Positions 10,125-19,607 are shown, counted from the stretch's first letter. The stretch is DNA of 59,358 bases from a bacterium CG_4_10_14_0_2_um_filter_33_32 (GCA_002792735.1 PFOW01000058.1:1-59358); one strand, 5' to 3'. Notes: a model not told the origin generated them from the sequence alone. A program made the numbers and translations.

Positions 10125-11988
10125 ATATTTTTTGGCTTCTTTTTATTTTTTCCAAGAATATTAAAAGAGTGGTAATATCGGCAGGAGTAACTTCTGCAAT
10201 CCTTGATGCTTGGCCGATTGAAATTGGTTTAACTTCTTTTAGCCTTTCTTTTGCGACAAATTTTAATCCTGGTACTGAATCATAATTAATTTTTGGTATT
10301 TTTTTATTTTCTAATGAAATATTTTTTATAACCGTTTGTTCTTGTCTTTTTATATAGTCTTCATATTTTGCAAGAATTTCTACTTCATTTAATATTTCTT
10401 CTGATAAAGATTCAATCTTTAATTTTTTTGTTCTGTTTTTAGTTATTTTGAAAAGCTTTTGAATATTAATTTCAGGTCTTTTTAAATAACTCCAGGCATT
10501 TTTAGAATTAATCTTTATCTTTTTTAATTCTTTAATTGCTGTGTCTATTTTTTTTCTCTTATTTTCTATTGCTAACTTTCTTTTTTTATCTACTAGTCCT
10601 AAATTAAAAGCTAAATCAATTAATCTCTCGTCAGCATTATCCTGTCTTAGAAGTAATCTATATTCAGCAGCTGATGTGTATACTCTATATGGTTCTTTGT
10701 GTTTTTTGGTAATCAAATCATCTATCATTACGCCGATATATGCTTGATTTCTATTAAGAATAAATGGTTTTTTATTTTTAATTTTCAAAGCGGCATTTAT
10801 GCCTGCCATAATTCCTTGAGCCGCCGCTTCTTCATAGCCAGAGGTGCCATTCACCTGTCCGGCTAAAAATAGTCCTTTTATTTTTTTTGTTTCAAGATTT
10901 TTTTTGATTTGCCAGGACGGTACATAATCGTAAACAACCGCATAACCTGGTTGTAATATTATAGCTTTTTCCATTCCCTTAACAGATCTTATAATTTTAA
11001 GTTGTAAGTCTTCAGGCATTGCAGTAGTTAAACCTTGGAGATAAAGTCGGTTAGATTTTCTGCCCTCCGGTTCTACAAAAATTGGATGTCGTTCTTTGTT
11101 AGGGAAATTAACTACTTTTCTATCTATAGAAGGGCAGTGTCTGGGTCCATGTTCTTCAATGATCCCTGATTTAATTGGTGAATAATTAATATTTTCATTA
11201 ATAATTTTATGAGTTTTAGGATTAGTATAAGCAAGCCAACACGGTATTTGTTTATTATATTTTATTACCTCTCTTTCCGGGAAAGAAAATGAACATGGTC
11301 CTTTGGTTCCTGGTTGAATTTCCATTTTTGAGCAATCAACTGATTTTTTATCTATCCTTGGTGGAGTAGCGGTTTGTAGTTTTTCTAGCTTTAATCCAAT
11401 TTTATTTAGACTATTTGATAATTGGTATGATCCGTTTTCGTCAATTCGTCCTCCTTTTCTAATAATTTTATCACCGATAATAATTTTCGCATTTAAAAAC
11501 GTTCCGGTCGTAATAATTGTTGCCCCACATTCTATTCTTTTGCCCGATTTAGTCTTTACGCCAGTTATAGTTTTTGGATTATTTGCGGCATCTATATCAG
11601 TTACTTCATCTTCTAAGATTTTTAGTTTTTTTAGTTTTTTTAAAGTTTCCAGCATGATTTTCTGATAGTCATCTCTTTCGATTTGCGCCCTATAAGCTTG
11701 AACAGCCGGACCTTTTGTATGATTTAATAATTTGATTTGAATTAATGATTGATCAGAAACTTTTGCCATTGCGCCACCTAGGCAATCTATTTCTCTAACA
11801 AGGTGCCCTTTCCCAGGTCCGCCTATTGCAGGATTGCAAGGCATGGTGGCTATTTTTTTGATTGTAGTTGTAACAAGTAGAGTAGAACAGCCCATTTTCG
11901 CCGATACTAAAGCTGCTTCACATCCGGCATGACCGCCACCTATTACCACCACATCGTATTTGTATTTATTTTTTAGGCTTTCGGACAT
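10114..11988 (-). CDS. mnmG: tRNA uridine-5-carboxymethylaminomethyl modification enzyme MnmG/GidA
   Basis: GGGHAGCEAA, MPCNPAIGG, AGQVNGTSGYEEAAAQG, YRLLLRQDNAD. Confidence 0.96.
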   Translation of the reverse strand: MSESLKNKYKYDVVVIGGGHAGCEAALVSAKMGCSTLLVTTTIKKIATMPCNPAIGGPGKGHLVREIDCLGGAMAKVSDQSLIQIKLLNHTKGPAVQAYRAQIERDDYQKIMLETLKKLKKLKILEDEVTDIDAANNPKTITGVKTKSGKRIECGATIITTGTFLNAKIIIGDKIIRKGGRIDENGSYQLSNSLNKIGLKLEKLQTATPPRIDKKSVDCSKMEIQPGTKGPCSFSFPEREVIKYNKQIPCWLAYTNPKTHKIINENINYSPIKSGIIEEHGPRHCPSIDRKVVNFPNKERHPIFVEPEGRKSNRLYLQGLTTAMPEDLQLKIIRSVKGMEKAIILQPGYAVVYDYVPSWQIKKNLETKKIKGLFLAGQVNGTSGYEEAAAQGIMAGINAALKIKNKKPFILNRNQAYIGVMIDDLITKKHKEPYRVYTSAAEYRLLLRQDNADERLIDLAFNLGLVDKKRKLAIENKRKKIDTAIKELKKIKINSKNAWSYLKRPEINIQKLFKITKNRTKKLKIESLSEEILNEVEILAKYEDYIKRQEQTVIKNISLENKKIPKINYDSVPGLKFVAKERLKEVKPISIGQASRIAEVTPADITTLLIFLEKIKRSQKIFKS

Positions 11989-11989
11989 A

Positions 11990-12364
11990 TTATTTATTTG
12001 CTTGATATTTTAAATCAATTCCACCAGCCTTTATATTACCGTGTTTTCCCTTAACTTTTTTTAAAGGGAACCTCTCTTTGTATTCTTTTTGGCTTTTCCA
12101 GATAGCTTCTTTTAAATCCATATCAAAACTCCCGCATAATTTTAACAGGAGCCAGCCAATGTCACCAATTTGATCTTCTATTTCTCTGTAATGATTTTTT
12201 ATTACTTTCTCCATTTCTTTTTGGTCTGTTCCGATGTATTTAAAATAATTCCATAGCTCTCCAACTTCTTCTGCTATATTCAAAAGAGTATCATGAGTAC
12301 CTGTTAAATTATGCCATTCTCTTTCTTCTAGAAAAGAGTTAATTTCTTTTTGTAATTTTTTCAT
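11990..12364 (-). CDS. MazG-like nucleotide pyrophosphatase
   Basis: EEVGEL...IEDQIGD all-alpha NTP-PPase pattern. Confidence 0.75.
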   Translation of the reverse strand: MKKLQKEINSFLEEREWHNLTGTHDTLLNIAEEVGELWNYFKYIGTDQKEMEKVIKNHYREIEDQIGDIGWLLLKLCGSFDMDLKEAIWKSQKEYKERFPLKKVKGKHGNIKAGGIDLKYQANK

Positions 12365-12428
12365 TTATTTCCTTTCTTTCTAATTAGAACTATAATTATA
12401 TTGTGCGAATTAAATATTATCAATCTAA

Positions 12429-13355
12429 ATGAGTAAAATAGACGAATTAAAAAACGATTTTTTGGAATACTTAGAAATTGAAAGAAACAAAAGTGATCTT
12501 ACGGTAAAGAACTATAATCATTATCTTGTAAGATTTCTAGACTTTGCCAATAAAGAAGGAGTAAACAGCCCCGAAAGTATAACCATTGACCTTGTCAGAA
12601 AATTCCGTCTTTTTTTAAATCGTTTTACTAATGAGAAGGGTCAATCTTTAAAAAAGATCACCCAAAACTATCATATCATAGCATTAAGAGCTTTTTTAAA
12701 GTATTTAATTAAAAGAGATATTCAAACATTGCCTGCGGAGAAAATAGAGTTAGGTGACTTTTCTAGAAAAGAGATTGAAGTAATAGAAATATCAGAACTG
12801 GAGCGACTTTTAAATATTCCTGATATATCAAAAACAGCAGGAATTAGAGACAGGGCAATTTTAGAAACTTTATTTTCAACTGGCCTTAGAGTTTCTGAAC
12901 TTGTTAATTTAAACAGAGATCAAATTAATCTTAAAACGGGTGAATTTATGGTGAGAGGCAAAGGCAGGAAAGATAGAATTGTTTTTTTGTCTAAGGATGC
13001 AGCTTTTTGGTTATCCAAATACTTGGAGAAAAGAAAGGATAATTATAACCCGGTTTTTATAAATTATAGAGGCAAAGATAATATTTTTGAAGGTGAAAGT
13101 AAAAGACTTACGGCAAGAAGTGTTCAAAGAATGGTAAATAAATATGCAAAATTGGCCGGGATAGTAAAGACGGTAACGCCTCATGGCTTACGACATGTAT
13201 TTGCGACAGATCTTTTGCAAAATGGAGCTGATATTCGTTCGGTTCAGACAATGTTGGGTCATTCTTCAATAACTACCACACAAATATATACTCATATTAC
13301 GAATAAGCGATTAAAGGAAGTTCATCAGTCTTTTCATACCAGCAAAAGAAAATGA
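12429..13355 (+). CDS. XerC/XerD-family tyrosine recombinase
   Basis: RDRAILETLFSTGLRVSEL, GKG, HGLRH, LGH, TTQIY catalytic residues; SAM-like N-terminus. Confidence 0.93.
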   Translation: MSKIDELKNDFLEYLEIERNKSDLTVKNYNHYLVRFLDFANKEGVNSPESITIDLVRKFRLFLNRFTNEKGQSLKKITQNYHIIALRAFLKYLIKRDIQTLPAEKIELGDFSRKEIEVIEISELERLLNIPDISKTAGIRDRAILETLFSTGLRVSELVNLNRDQINLKTGEFMVRGKGRKDRIVFLSKDAAFWLSKYLEKRKDNYNPVFINYRGKDNIFEGESKRLTARSVQRMVNKYAKLAGIVKTVTPHGLRHVFATDLLQNGADIRSVQTMLGHSSITTTQIYTHITNKRLKEVHQSFHTSKRK

Positions 13356-13436
13356 TGGTTTTCTAAAGGACTTATTTTTATTGGAAATAATCTAAAAAAA
13401 TGATAAACTCTTTAAAGTTTATTGGAGGTTATAAAT

Positions 13437-14501
13437 ATGGGTTTATCTATAGGAATAGTCGGATTGCCGAATGTGGGAAAATCTACTTTATTTAATGCGC
13501 TTACCAAGAATAAAGTGGAAGCTCAGAACTATCCTTTTTGCACAATCGATCCTAATATTGGAATTGTTTCTGTGCCAGACAAGAGACTAGAATTGTTAGC
13601 CAAAACTGTAAATACTCAAAAAATTGTTCCAGCTATAGTTGAATTTGTTGACATAGCAGGGATAGTAAAAGGCGCTAATAAAGGGGAAGGATTGGGCAAT
13701 AAATTCTTATCTCATATAAGAGAATGTGATGCCATTGTTGAGGTTGTCCGAGATTTTGATAACGATAATATTATTCATGTAGAGGGTAAAGTTAATCCAG
13801 TTTCTGATATTGAAACAATTAAAACAGAACTTATTCTAGCTGATCTCGAAACTATTACAAAGATTGTTGATAGATTAGAAAAAGAAGCAAAGAAAGAATC
13901 TAAAAAGAAAGCAGAGTTAGAAATATCTTTAAAATTAAAAGAAATTTTAGACAAAGGAATGCCTGCTAGAGAATTAGAACTTACTGACGATGAACAATCA
14001 ATGATAAAAAGTTATAATTTACTTACGGCTAAGCCCCACTTTTATGTTATAAATATTGATGAAGATCATATTTTAGATAATGCAAAAAAATTGAACATGG
14101 ACAATGCCATCAAAATTTCTGCAAAAATCGAATCAGAACTGTCTGATTTATCTCAAGAAGATGCTGATGAATATCTCAAAGAAATAGGACAAAAAGAATC
14201 GGGTCTCAATATGTTAATAAAAAAATCATATGATATTTTATCTCTTCAAACTTTTTTTACAGCTGGAGAAAAAGAAGCCAAAGCTTGGACAATCAAGAAA
14301 GGAGCTAAAGCTCCAGAGGCGGCCGGAACTATTCATACAGATTTCGAAAAAGGTTTTATAAAGGCGGAAGTTATTAACTGGAAAGAATTTGTAAGCTTAC
14401 AAGGATGGGTTAATGCTAGAGAACAAGGGAAGGTTAGGTTGGAAGGTAAGGATTATATTGTGCAGGATGGTGACGTTATGTTATTCAAATTTAATTTATA
14501 G
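13437..14501 (+). CDS. ychF: redox-regulated ATPase YchF
   Basis: GLPNVGKST, YPFCTIDPN, DIAG, IHTDFEKGFI; GGAGG RBS. Confidence 0.97.
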   Translation: MGLSIGIVGLPNVGKSTLFNALTKNKVEAQNYPFCTIDPNIGIVSVPDKRLELLAKTVNTQKIVPAIVEFVDIAGIVKGANKGEGLGNKFLSHIRECDAIVEVVRDFDNDNIIHVEGKVNPVSDIETIKTELILADLETITKIVDRLEKEAKKESKKKAELEISLKLKEILDKGMPARELELTDDEQSMIKSYNLLTAKPHFYVINIDEDHILDNAKKLNMDNAIKISAKIESELSDLSQEDADEYLKEIGQKESGLNMLIKKSYDILSLQTFFTAGEKEAKAWTIKKGAKAPEAAGTIHTDFEKGFIKAEVINWKEFVSLQGWVNAREQGKVRLEGKDYIVQDGDVMLFKFNL

Positions 14502-14557
14502 TTATTAGTTTTATAGTTGACTTTTTCCATTTACTATATATACTATTAATATATTAG

Positions 14558-14612
14558 TTTCCTTTTCCCTCGATGAATATTAGCATCGGGGCATAAGTCC
14601 AAGAGGAGGAAT
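14558..14612 (+). promoter_or_regulatory. probable S6:S18 ribosomal-protein leader
   Basis: Hairpin TTCCT..CCTCGATG/CATCGGGG..CCAAG..AGGAA upstream of rpsF, downstream of a TTGACT..TATACT promoter (14517-14544). Confidence 0.5.
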
Positions 14613-14634
14613 TTTTTAATTAAAAGGAGGAAAG

Positions 14635-15225
14635 TTGAGAAATTACGAATTAATGTCAGTAGTTCAGGGACAGATACCCGAGGACCTTGCTAAGGAAGTC
14701 ATGAATAAGATCAAGAGTATGGTAGGTGATTTGGGAGGCAAGGATTTATCAGAAGATTTTTGGGGTCGGAGAAAGCTGGCTTATAAAATAGGCGGTCAAG
14801 AGCATGGTTATTATGATGTATTAAATTTTCAAATTAGTCCTGAAAATGTAAGAAGATTAGAAGAAGAAATTAAATTGATTGGTGAAGTAATAAGATACCT
14901 AATGGTTGTAAAAGAAAAGAAGAAGATAGTGATAGCAAAAGAAAAGTCCAATAAAGAAACAGTTTTTAAGAAGGAAGTGAAAGAAAAATCAGTAGAACAA
15001 AAAAAGATTGAGAATGTTAAAATAGAAGAAGAGTCCTTAGGAGATATTCAAGGAGAAGAAAAAATAGAAACTGATGAATCTAAGAAGGAAGAAAAAGAAG
15101 TAAAGAGAGATCGAGAGAAAGAGGAAAAAGAAGAGAAAAAAGATCAAAAGAGTGATAAAAAGGAAGAAGAAAAGGAAAGACTGCAAGAGCTAGATAGAAA
15201 AATTGACGAGATATTAAAAGATTAA
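14635..15225 (+). CDS. rpsF: 30S ribosomal protein S6 with ~100-aa charged C-terminal extension
   Basis: MRNYELM, WGRRKLAYKI, GYY, VIRYL; rpsF-ssb-rpsR order. Confidence 0.95.
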   Translation: MRNYELMSVVQGQIPEDLAKEVMNKIKSMVGDLGGKDLSEDFWGRRKLAYKIGGQEHGYYDVLNFQISPENVRRLEEEIKLIGEVIRYLMVVKEKKKIVIAKEKSNKETVFKKEVKEKSVEQKKIENVKIEEESLGDIQGEEKIETDESKKEEKEVKRDREKEEKEEKKDQKSDKKEEEKERLQELDRKIDEILKD

Positions 15226-15255
15226 TATCTACGCTAAAGCGTAGGAAGGAGAAAA

Positions 15256-15729
15256 ATGAGGGATTTAAATAAAGTTCTAATAATAGGGAATCTAACAAGA
15301 GATCCTGAATCCCGATTTACCCCATCCGGTCAATCTGTTGCTTCCTTTGCGGTTGCTACAAACAGGAGATGGAAAGGCCAGGATGGAGAAGTAAAAGACA
15401 GTGTAGAATATCATGACGTTGTTGCTTGGGGGAAATTGGCAGAAATAGCAGAGAAAATTTTAAAAAAAGGCAGAAGGGCATATATAGAAGGTAGATTACA
15501 AACTCGATCATGGGAGGGGCAAGATGGCGTTAAGAGAAATAAAACAGAAATTGTTGCGGCCGATATTATTGTTTTAGATAAAAAGGGCGCAGAAGAAGAT
15601 TTAGGTACCATAGGAACAGAGCCTGCAGATTCTTCCTCATCTGAAGATAGGCCAAAAGTTTCTGATAAAAAAGATACTAAACCAACTGAAGAATCTGAAG
15701 AGGTAAATCTAGATGACATACCTTTCTAG
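15256..15729 (+). CDS. ssb: single-stranded DNA-binding protein
   Basis: NKVLIIGNLTRDPE, EGRLQTRSW, C-terminal DDIPF. Confidence 0.98.
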   Translation: MRDLNKVLIIGNLTRDPESRFTPSGQSVASFAVATNRRWKGQDGEVKDSVEYHDVVAWGKLAEIAEKILKKGRRAYIEGRLQTRSWEGQDGVKRNKTEIVAADIIVLDKKGAEEDLGTIGTEPADSSSSEDRPKVSDKKDTKPTEESEEVNLDDIPF

Positions 15730-15799
15730 ATTGAATAGCTACAATAAATTAAAGCATTAACATTCAACTTATAAATATGCCCACCATTAAAAGTGGCAT

Positions 15800-15871
15800 G
15801 CCCGCCCTCACTTACAGTTTTTGGCGGGCTTCGGTCTCGGTAAGGAATATATATTCCGAGACCTCAGGAGG
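15800..15871 (+). repeat. structured two-hairpin leader element, copy 2 (before rpsR)
   Basis: GCCCGCC..GGCGGGC and GGTCTCGG..CCGAGACC stems ending in GGAGG. Confidence 0.9.
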
Positions 15872-15876
15872 AAAAT

Positions 15877-16104
15877 TTGGAAAGACAAAAATTCTATCAA
15901 GTTAAAAAAGTTTGCGAATTTTGTAAAAAAACAACAAAAGATATAGATTATAAAAACGTAAAAGTTTTGCAGAAGTTTATTTCTTTCTACGGTAAAATAG
16001 AGTTTAGGAAGAGATCGGGCTGTTGTGCTAAACATCAAAGAATATTAGCAAAAGAAATAAAAAAAGCACGTCACGTAGCGCTACTTCCATTTACGGCTAA
16101 GTAA
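15877..16104 (+). CDS. rpsR: 30S ribosomal protein S18 (Cys-containing form)
   Basis: CEFC, IDYKN, GCCAKHQR, ARHVALLPF; TTG start. Confidence 0.97.
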   Translation: MERQKFYQVKKVCEFCKKTTKDIDYKNVKVLQKFISFYGKIEFRKRSGCCAKHQRILAKEIKKARHVALLPFTAK

Positions 16105-16196
16105 ACCCTGTTATAAATAAGGGTTTGGGGTTCGAAGTATATGTATCAAAATTTAAGCAATTCTATTGTAATAGAAATAATTTCTAACAGGGTAAA
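16102..16196. repeat. inverted-repeat-bounded intergenic element (MITE/REP-like), copy A
   Basis: ACCCTGTTATAAAT (16105-16118) and ATTTCTAACAGGGT (16180-16193) are 13/14 complementary; related left end at 57475. Confidence 0.65.
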
Positions 16197-16760
16197 ATGC
16201 TAAAAGTAACAGATTTACGAATTGGAAAATTTATTGAATTAGATAATGCACCATTTGAGGTTCTTGAATATTCTCACAGTAAACTTGGTAGGGGCGGTGC
16301 TATAGTTAAAACTAAACTCAGAAATTTAAGAACTGGTGCAACTATTGATAAAACTTTTAAAGGTCAGGAGCGAGTAGAGGAAGCCTCTTTGAGCTCTAGC
16401 TCCTGCCAATATTTATATTCTGACGCGCAAGAATTTTATTTTATGGATCTTGGTAACTTTAATCAGTTTACAATTTCAAGGGAATCGCTTGGCAATAAAA
16501 CTAATTTTTTAAAAGAGGGCGATAATATTGATGTTACTTTTTTAGATGATAAAGAGCCCATTAATATTAATTTGCCTATAAAAGTTAACTTTAAAATTAC
16601 CGAAACCGAACCTGGAGTTAAAGGCGATACAGCTTCTTCAGCAACAAAAGAAGCTATAATAGAAACAGGTTTTAAACTGCACGTTCCTCTATTTATAAAA
16701 ATTGGTGATGTTATTAAAATAGATACTAGAACTGGAGATTATTTAGAGCGAGTAAATTGA
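16197..16760 (+). CDS. efp: elongation factor P
   Basis: KLGRGGA, TEPGVKGDTA, VPLFI, IDTRTGDY. Confidence 0.97.
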   Translation: MLKVTDLRIGKFIELDNAPFEVLEYSHSKLGRGGAIVKTKLRNLRTGATIDKTFKGQERVEEASLSSSSCQYLYSDAQEFYFMDLGNFNQFTISRESLGNKTNFLKEGDNIDVTFLDDKEPININLPIKVNFKITETEPGVKGDTASSATKEAIIETGFKLHVPLFIKIGDVIKIDTRTGDYLERVN

Positions 16761-16767
16761 TCTAATC

Positions 16768-17907
16768 ATGCAAAAAAACAAAAAAGAGAGATTAGATATA
16801 CTATTAGTTAAAAGGGGACTAGTGGAGAGTCGTGAAAATGCAGCACGGCTCATTTTGGCTGGGTTAGTAAAAACTGAAGGCCAACTATTAACAAAACCTG
16901 GAATGAAAATAAATGAAACAGCAAAAGTAGATATTGAGAAAAGTGAAATTTTTGTTGGAAAAGGCGCAAAAAAGATTGAGAGCGCTTATAAGAAATTTAA
17001 ACTTAATTTTAATAACAAAATAATAGCGGACATAGGCGCATCGACGGGCGGTTTTACTGATTTTGCTCTAAGTAAGGGCGCTCAAAAAGTTTATGCGGTT
17101 GATGTTGGTTATGGTCAATTGGCATATAAACTACGCCAGAATGTTAAAGTTATAAATATGGAAAGAAATGATATCAGAAGTATAGAAAAATTTCCCGATA
17201 AAATTGATATATTTCTTATAGATGTTTCTTTCGTCTCTCTTAAAAAAATCTTGCCGAAAATAAAAGAAATAATTAAGAATCAAAATCACAAAGCAGAAGT
17301 AGTAATATTAGTTAAACCGCAATTTGAGGTAGGGAAAAAAATTGCCGATAAATTCAAAGGGGTGATAAAAAATAAAAAAATTCAGCAAAAAATCGTAAGA
17401 GAAATATCTAAATTTGTAGCAGAAGAGAAATTTGCTGTGATTTCATCTACAAAAGCGGCTGTTCAAGGAGAAAAAGGCAATCAGGAATATTTTTTATATT
17501 TAAGATTTCCTAAGATAGTTAAAGTTTTTGGCACTTTTGATTTAGTGCATAAAGGGCACAGTTATTTTTTGAGTAAGGCATCAGAATACGGAGAATTAAT
17601 AGTTGTTATACCCAGCGACGATAAAGTACTGGAACTCAAAAAGAAAAAACCGATCCACTCATTAGTCCACAGAGTAAAAAATATAGAGAAATTGGGGTTT
17701 AAAGCTGAAATAGAAAAAGAAGATCCATGGCAAAATATTATAGAGAATAAAGCAGATGTTATTGTATTAGGTTACGACCAAAGCTGGGAAGCGGAAATTA
17801 GAAGAAAAATAAAAGAAACAGGATATTTGGTGAAGATAAGAAAGATTAAAAAAGCCTATAAACCAGAAATTTTTAAGAGTTCTCACTTTAGAAAGAAATT
17901 TGATTAG
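16768..17907 (+). CDS. tlyA: TlyA-family rRNA methyltransferase fused to a C-terminal cytidylyltransferase-like (HxGH) domain
   Basis: S4 domain, DIGASTGGFTD, DVSFVSL, LVKPQFE, GNQEY; then VFGTFDLVHKGH...VIVLGYDQ. Confidence 0.88.
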   Translation: MQKNKKERLDILLVKRGLVESRENAARLILAGLVKTEGQLLTKPGMKINETAKVDIEKSEIFVGKGAKKIESAYKKFKLNFNNKIIADIGASTGGFTDFALSKGAQKVYAVDVGYGQLAYKLRQNVKVINMERNDIRSIEKFPDKIDIFLIDVSFVSLKKILPKIKEIIKNQNHKAEVVILVKPQFEVGKKIADKFKGVIKNKKIQQKIVREISKFVAEEKFAVISSTKAAVQGEKGNQEYFLYLRFPKIVKVFGTFDLVHKGHSYFLSKASEYGELIVVIPSDDKVLELKKKKPIHSLVHRVKNIEKLGFKAEIEKEDPWQNIIENKADVIVLGYDQSWEAEIRRKIKETGYLVKIRKIKKAYKPEIFKSSHFRKKFD

Positions 17908-17932
17908 GTAGTTGGACTTTGCTATTATAGTT

Positions 17933-17958
17933 TAAAGGACGTAAGTCCTTTTATTTTT
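17933..17958 (+). terminator. hairpin plus T-tract upstream of pyrF
   Basis: AAAGGAC-GTAA-GTCCTTT followed by TTATTTTT. Confidence 0.55.
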
Positions 17959-17985
17959 GACCTTTGACATAGGGAGGCGACTATT

Positions 17986-18693
17986 TTGAAAAAAAATAGC
18001 AGAATAATCATTGCTTTAGATGATATGACAATTCCGGATGCATTGAGACTAGCGGAAAAAACTGGGAGTAAAGTATGGGGGTTTAAAGTAAATTCTTTAT
18101 ATTCACAAAATCCTGAAGTAGTTAAAATGTTAAAGCCTTTTGGTAAGGTATTTGTTGATATGAAGATTCACGATATACCAAAAACGGCTGCTTTGCATGC
18201 AGAAAAGCAGCTAAATCATGGCGCTGATATTATTAACTGTCATGTTTCAGGTGGCGTTAAAATGATGAGATACATTAGAACGGTTACGAATGTGAATCAT
18301 GCCCTAGTAATAGCAGTTACAGTTTTAACCAGTCTTGATAAAGATGACTGTGAAGATATATATGGTGAGAAAAATGTGTTACGTAAAGTTATGCATTTTG
18401 CGGAGATGGCATTAGATAATGCTGTTTTGGATGGGATTGTTTGTTCTCCAAATGAAGTTAGAGGAATCAAAGAAGAATGGGGAGACAGATGTATTGCAAT
18501 AATTCCAGGTATTCGTTTGGTTGGTGATGACACAGAAGATCAAAAACGCCTAGATACCCCATACAATGCCATAATGAATGGCGCTGATTTGTTAGTTATC
18601 GGTAGTTCTATAACAAAAGCAGAAGATCCAGTTGAGGCTGTAGATATAATTAACGAACAGATTGAAAAAGCTTTACAGGAAATTAAGAGGTGA
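17986..18693 (+). CDS. pyrF: orotidine-5'-phosphate decarboxylase
   Basis: IIALD, DMKIHDIPKT, VTVLTS, GIVCS, PGIR, DQKR. Confidence 0.93.
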   Translation: MKKNSRIIIALDDMTIPDALRLAEKTGSKVWGFKVNSLYSQNPEVVKMLKPFGKVFVDMKIHDIPKTAALHAEKQLNHGADIINCHVSGGVKMMRYIRTVTNVNHALVIAVTVLTSLDKDDCEDIYGEKNVLRKVMHFAEMALDNAVLDGIVCSPNEVRGIKEEWGDRCIAIIPGIRLVGDDTEDQKRLDTPYNAIMNGADLLVIGSSITKAEDPVEAVDIINEQIEKALQEIKR

Positions 18694-19607
18694 TTGTTTT
18701 GAGGAATCAGTTAGAGCGACAGAGGATAAGCCAACAAATAAAGGAAATCTTTGAGAAGTCAGAAGCTATTATTACAGATGATCATTTTGTTTATGCTAAA
18801 AAAGCAGATGGATGGTATCATGGCTCAGCTTATGTAAATAAAGACGCCATATATCCCTATACAAGGTTTGTTAGCTTTTTGTGCAGGGAAATTGCTAATC
18901 ATTTTAGCGGAAAAGGTATTCAAGTTGTGATTGGTCCAACTATAGGTGGGGTTAGTCTTTCTCAGTGGACAGCTCATTGGTTAATGCCTGAATTAGAAAA
19001 AGAATTTCTTGGGGTTTATATGGAAGATATCGATCATGATCATGATTATGATTTTATTAAATCCCAAGGGGAAATATTAGCAGTTTATGCTGATGAAGAA
19101 GATACTTTAGAAGAATTTTCAATAGATGTCATAGCCTTAAAAGACTGGAGGTTGGGACAAAAAATTGAATTTTTAGTCGCCGGTCATGTGCAGATAGAAC
19201 TCGTAGGAAATAAGGGCGGTAAAATGATAGAAAAGATTATTTATCAAACAAAAGTAGGCACGCGGCGTGTTTTAAAACGCGGATATGATAAGTTAGTTAA
19301 GGGCAAAGATTGTTTAATAGTTGAAGATATAATTAACTCGGGTGCAACAGTGCAGAAAACAAAACAAGCAATTCGGGATGCCGGTGGAAATGTTGTAGAG
19401 GTAGGAACTTTTTGCAATAGAAGCGGAGGCAAGGTTACTACTCAAACTCTTGGTGTATCTGAATTATTTTCACTTTTAGATCTTGATATGGAAATGTATC
19501 CAGAGGATAAATGTCCAATTTGCAGAGCAAAAGGTTCACGTTCCGTTAGAACAGATTTAGGTAAAGGCAGAGAATTCCTTATTCGTAAAGGATTAATGAT
19601 TTTATAG
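18690..19607 (+). CDS. pyrE: orotate phosphoribosyltransferase-like PRTase with internal insertions
   Basis: HFVY..HGSAYVNKD, GPTIGG, IVEDIINSGAT PRPP loop; translationally coupled to pyrF. Confidence 0.8.
   Translation: MIVLRNQLERQRISQQIKEIFEKSEAIITDDHFVYAKKADGWYHGSAYVNKDAIYPYTRFVSFLCREIANHFSGKGIQVVIGPTIGGVSLSQWTAHWLMPELEKEFLGVYMEDIDHDHDYDFIKSQGEILAVYADEEDTLEEFSIDVIALKDWRLGQKIEFLVAGHVQIELVGNKGGKMIEKIIYQTKVGTRRVLKRGYDKLVKGKDCLIVEDIINSGATVQKTKQAIRDAGGNVVEVGTFCNRSGGKVTTQTLGVSELFSLLDLDMEMYPEDKCPICRAKGSRSVRTDLGKGREFLIRKGLMIL

Noticed and set aside
12429..13355. Tyrosine recombinase as a prophage or island integrase
   Set aside because: Xer-like size, housekeeping neighbours, and no att repeats or cargo genes.
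5123..13355. UGA recoding (genetic code 25) as seen in some CPR lineages
   Set aside because: ftsK, rodZ and xer end at TGA at their natural C-termini, and no gene is interrupted by TGA.
17930..17980. PyrR-binding attenuator before pyrF
   Set aside because: A hairpin and T-tract are present, but the PyrR-binding loop consensus is not recognisable.
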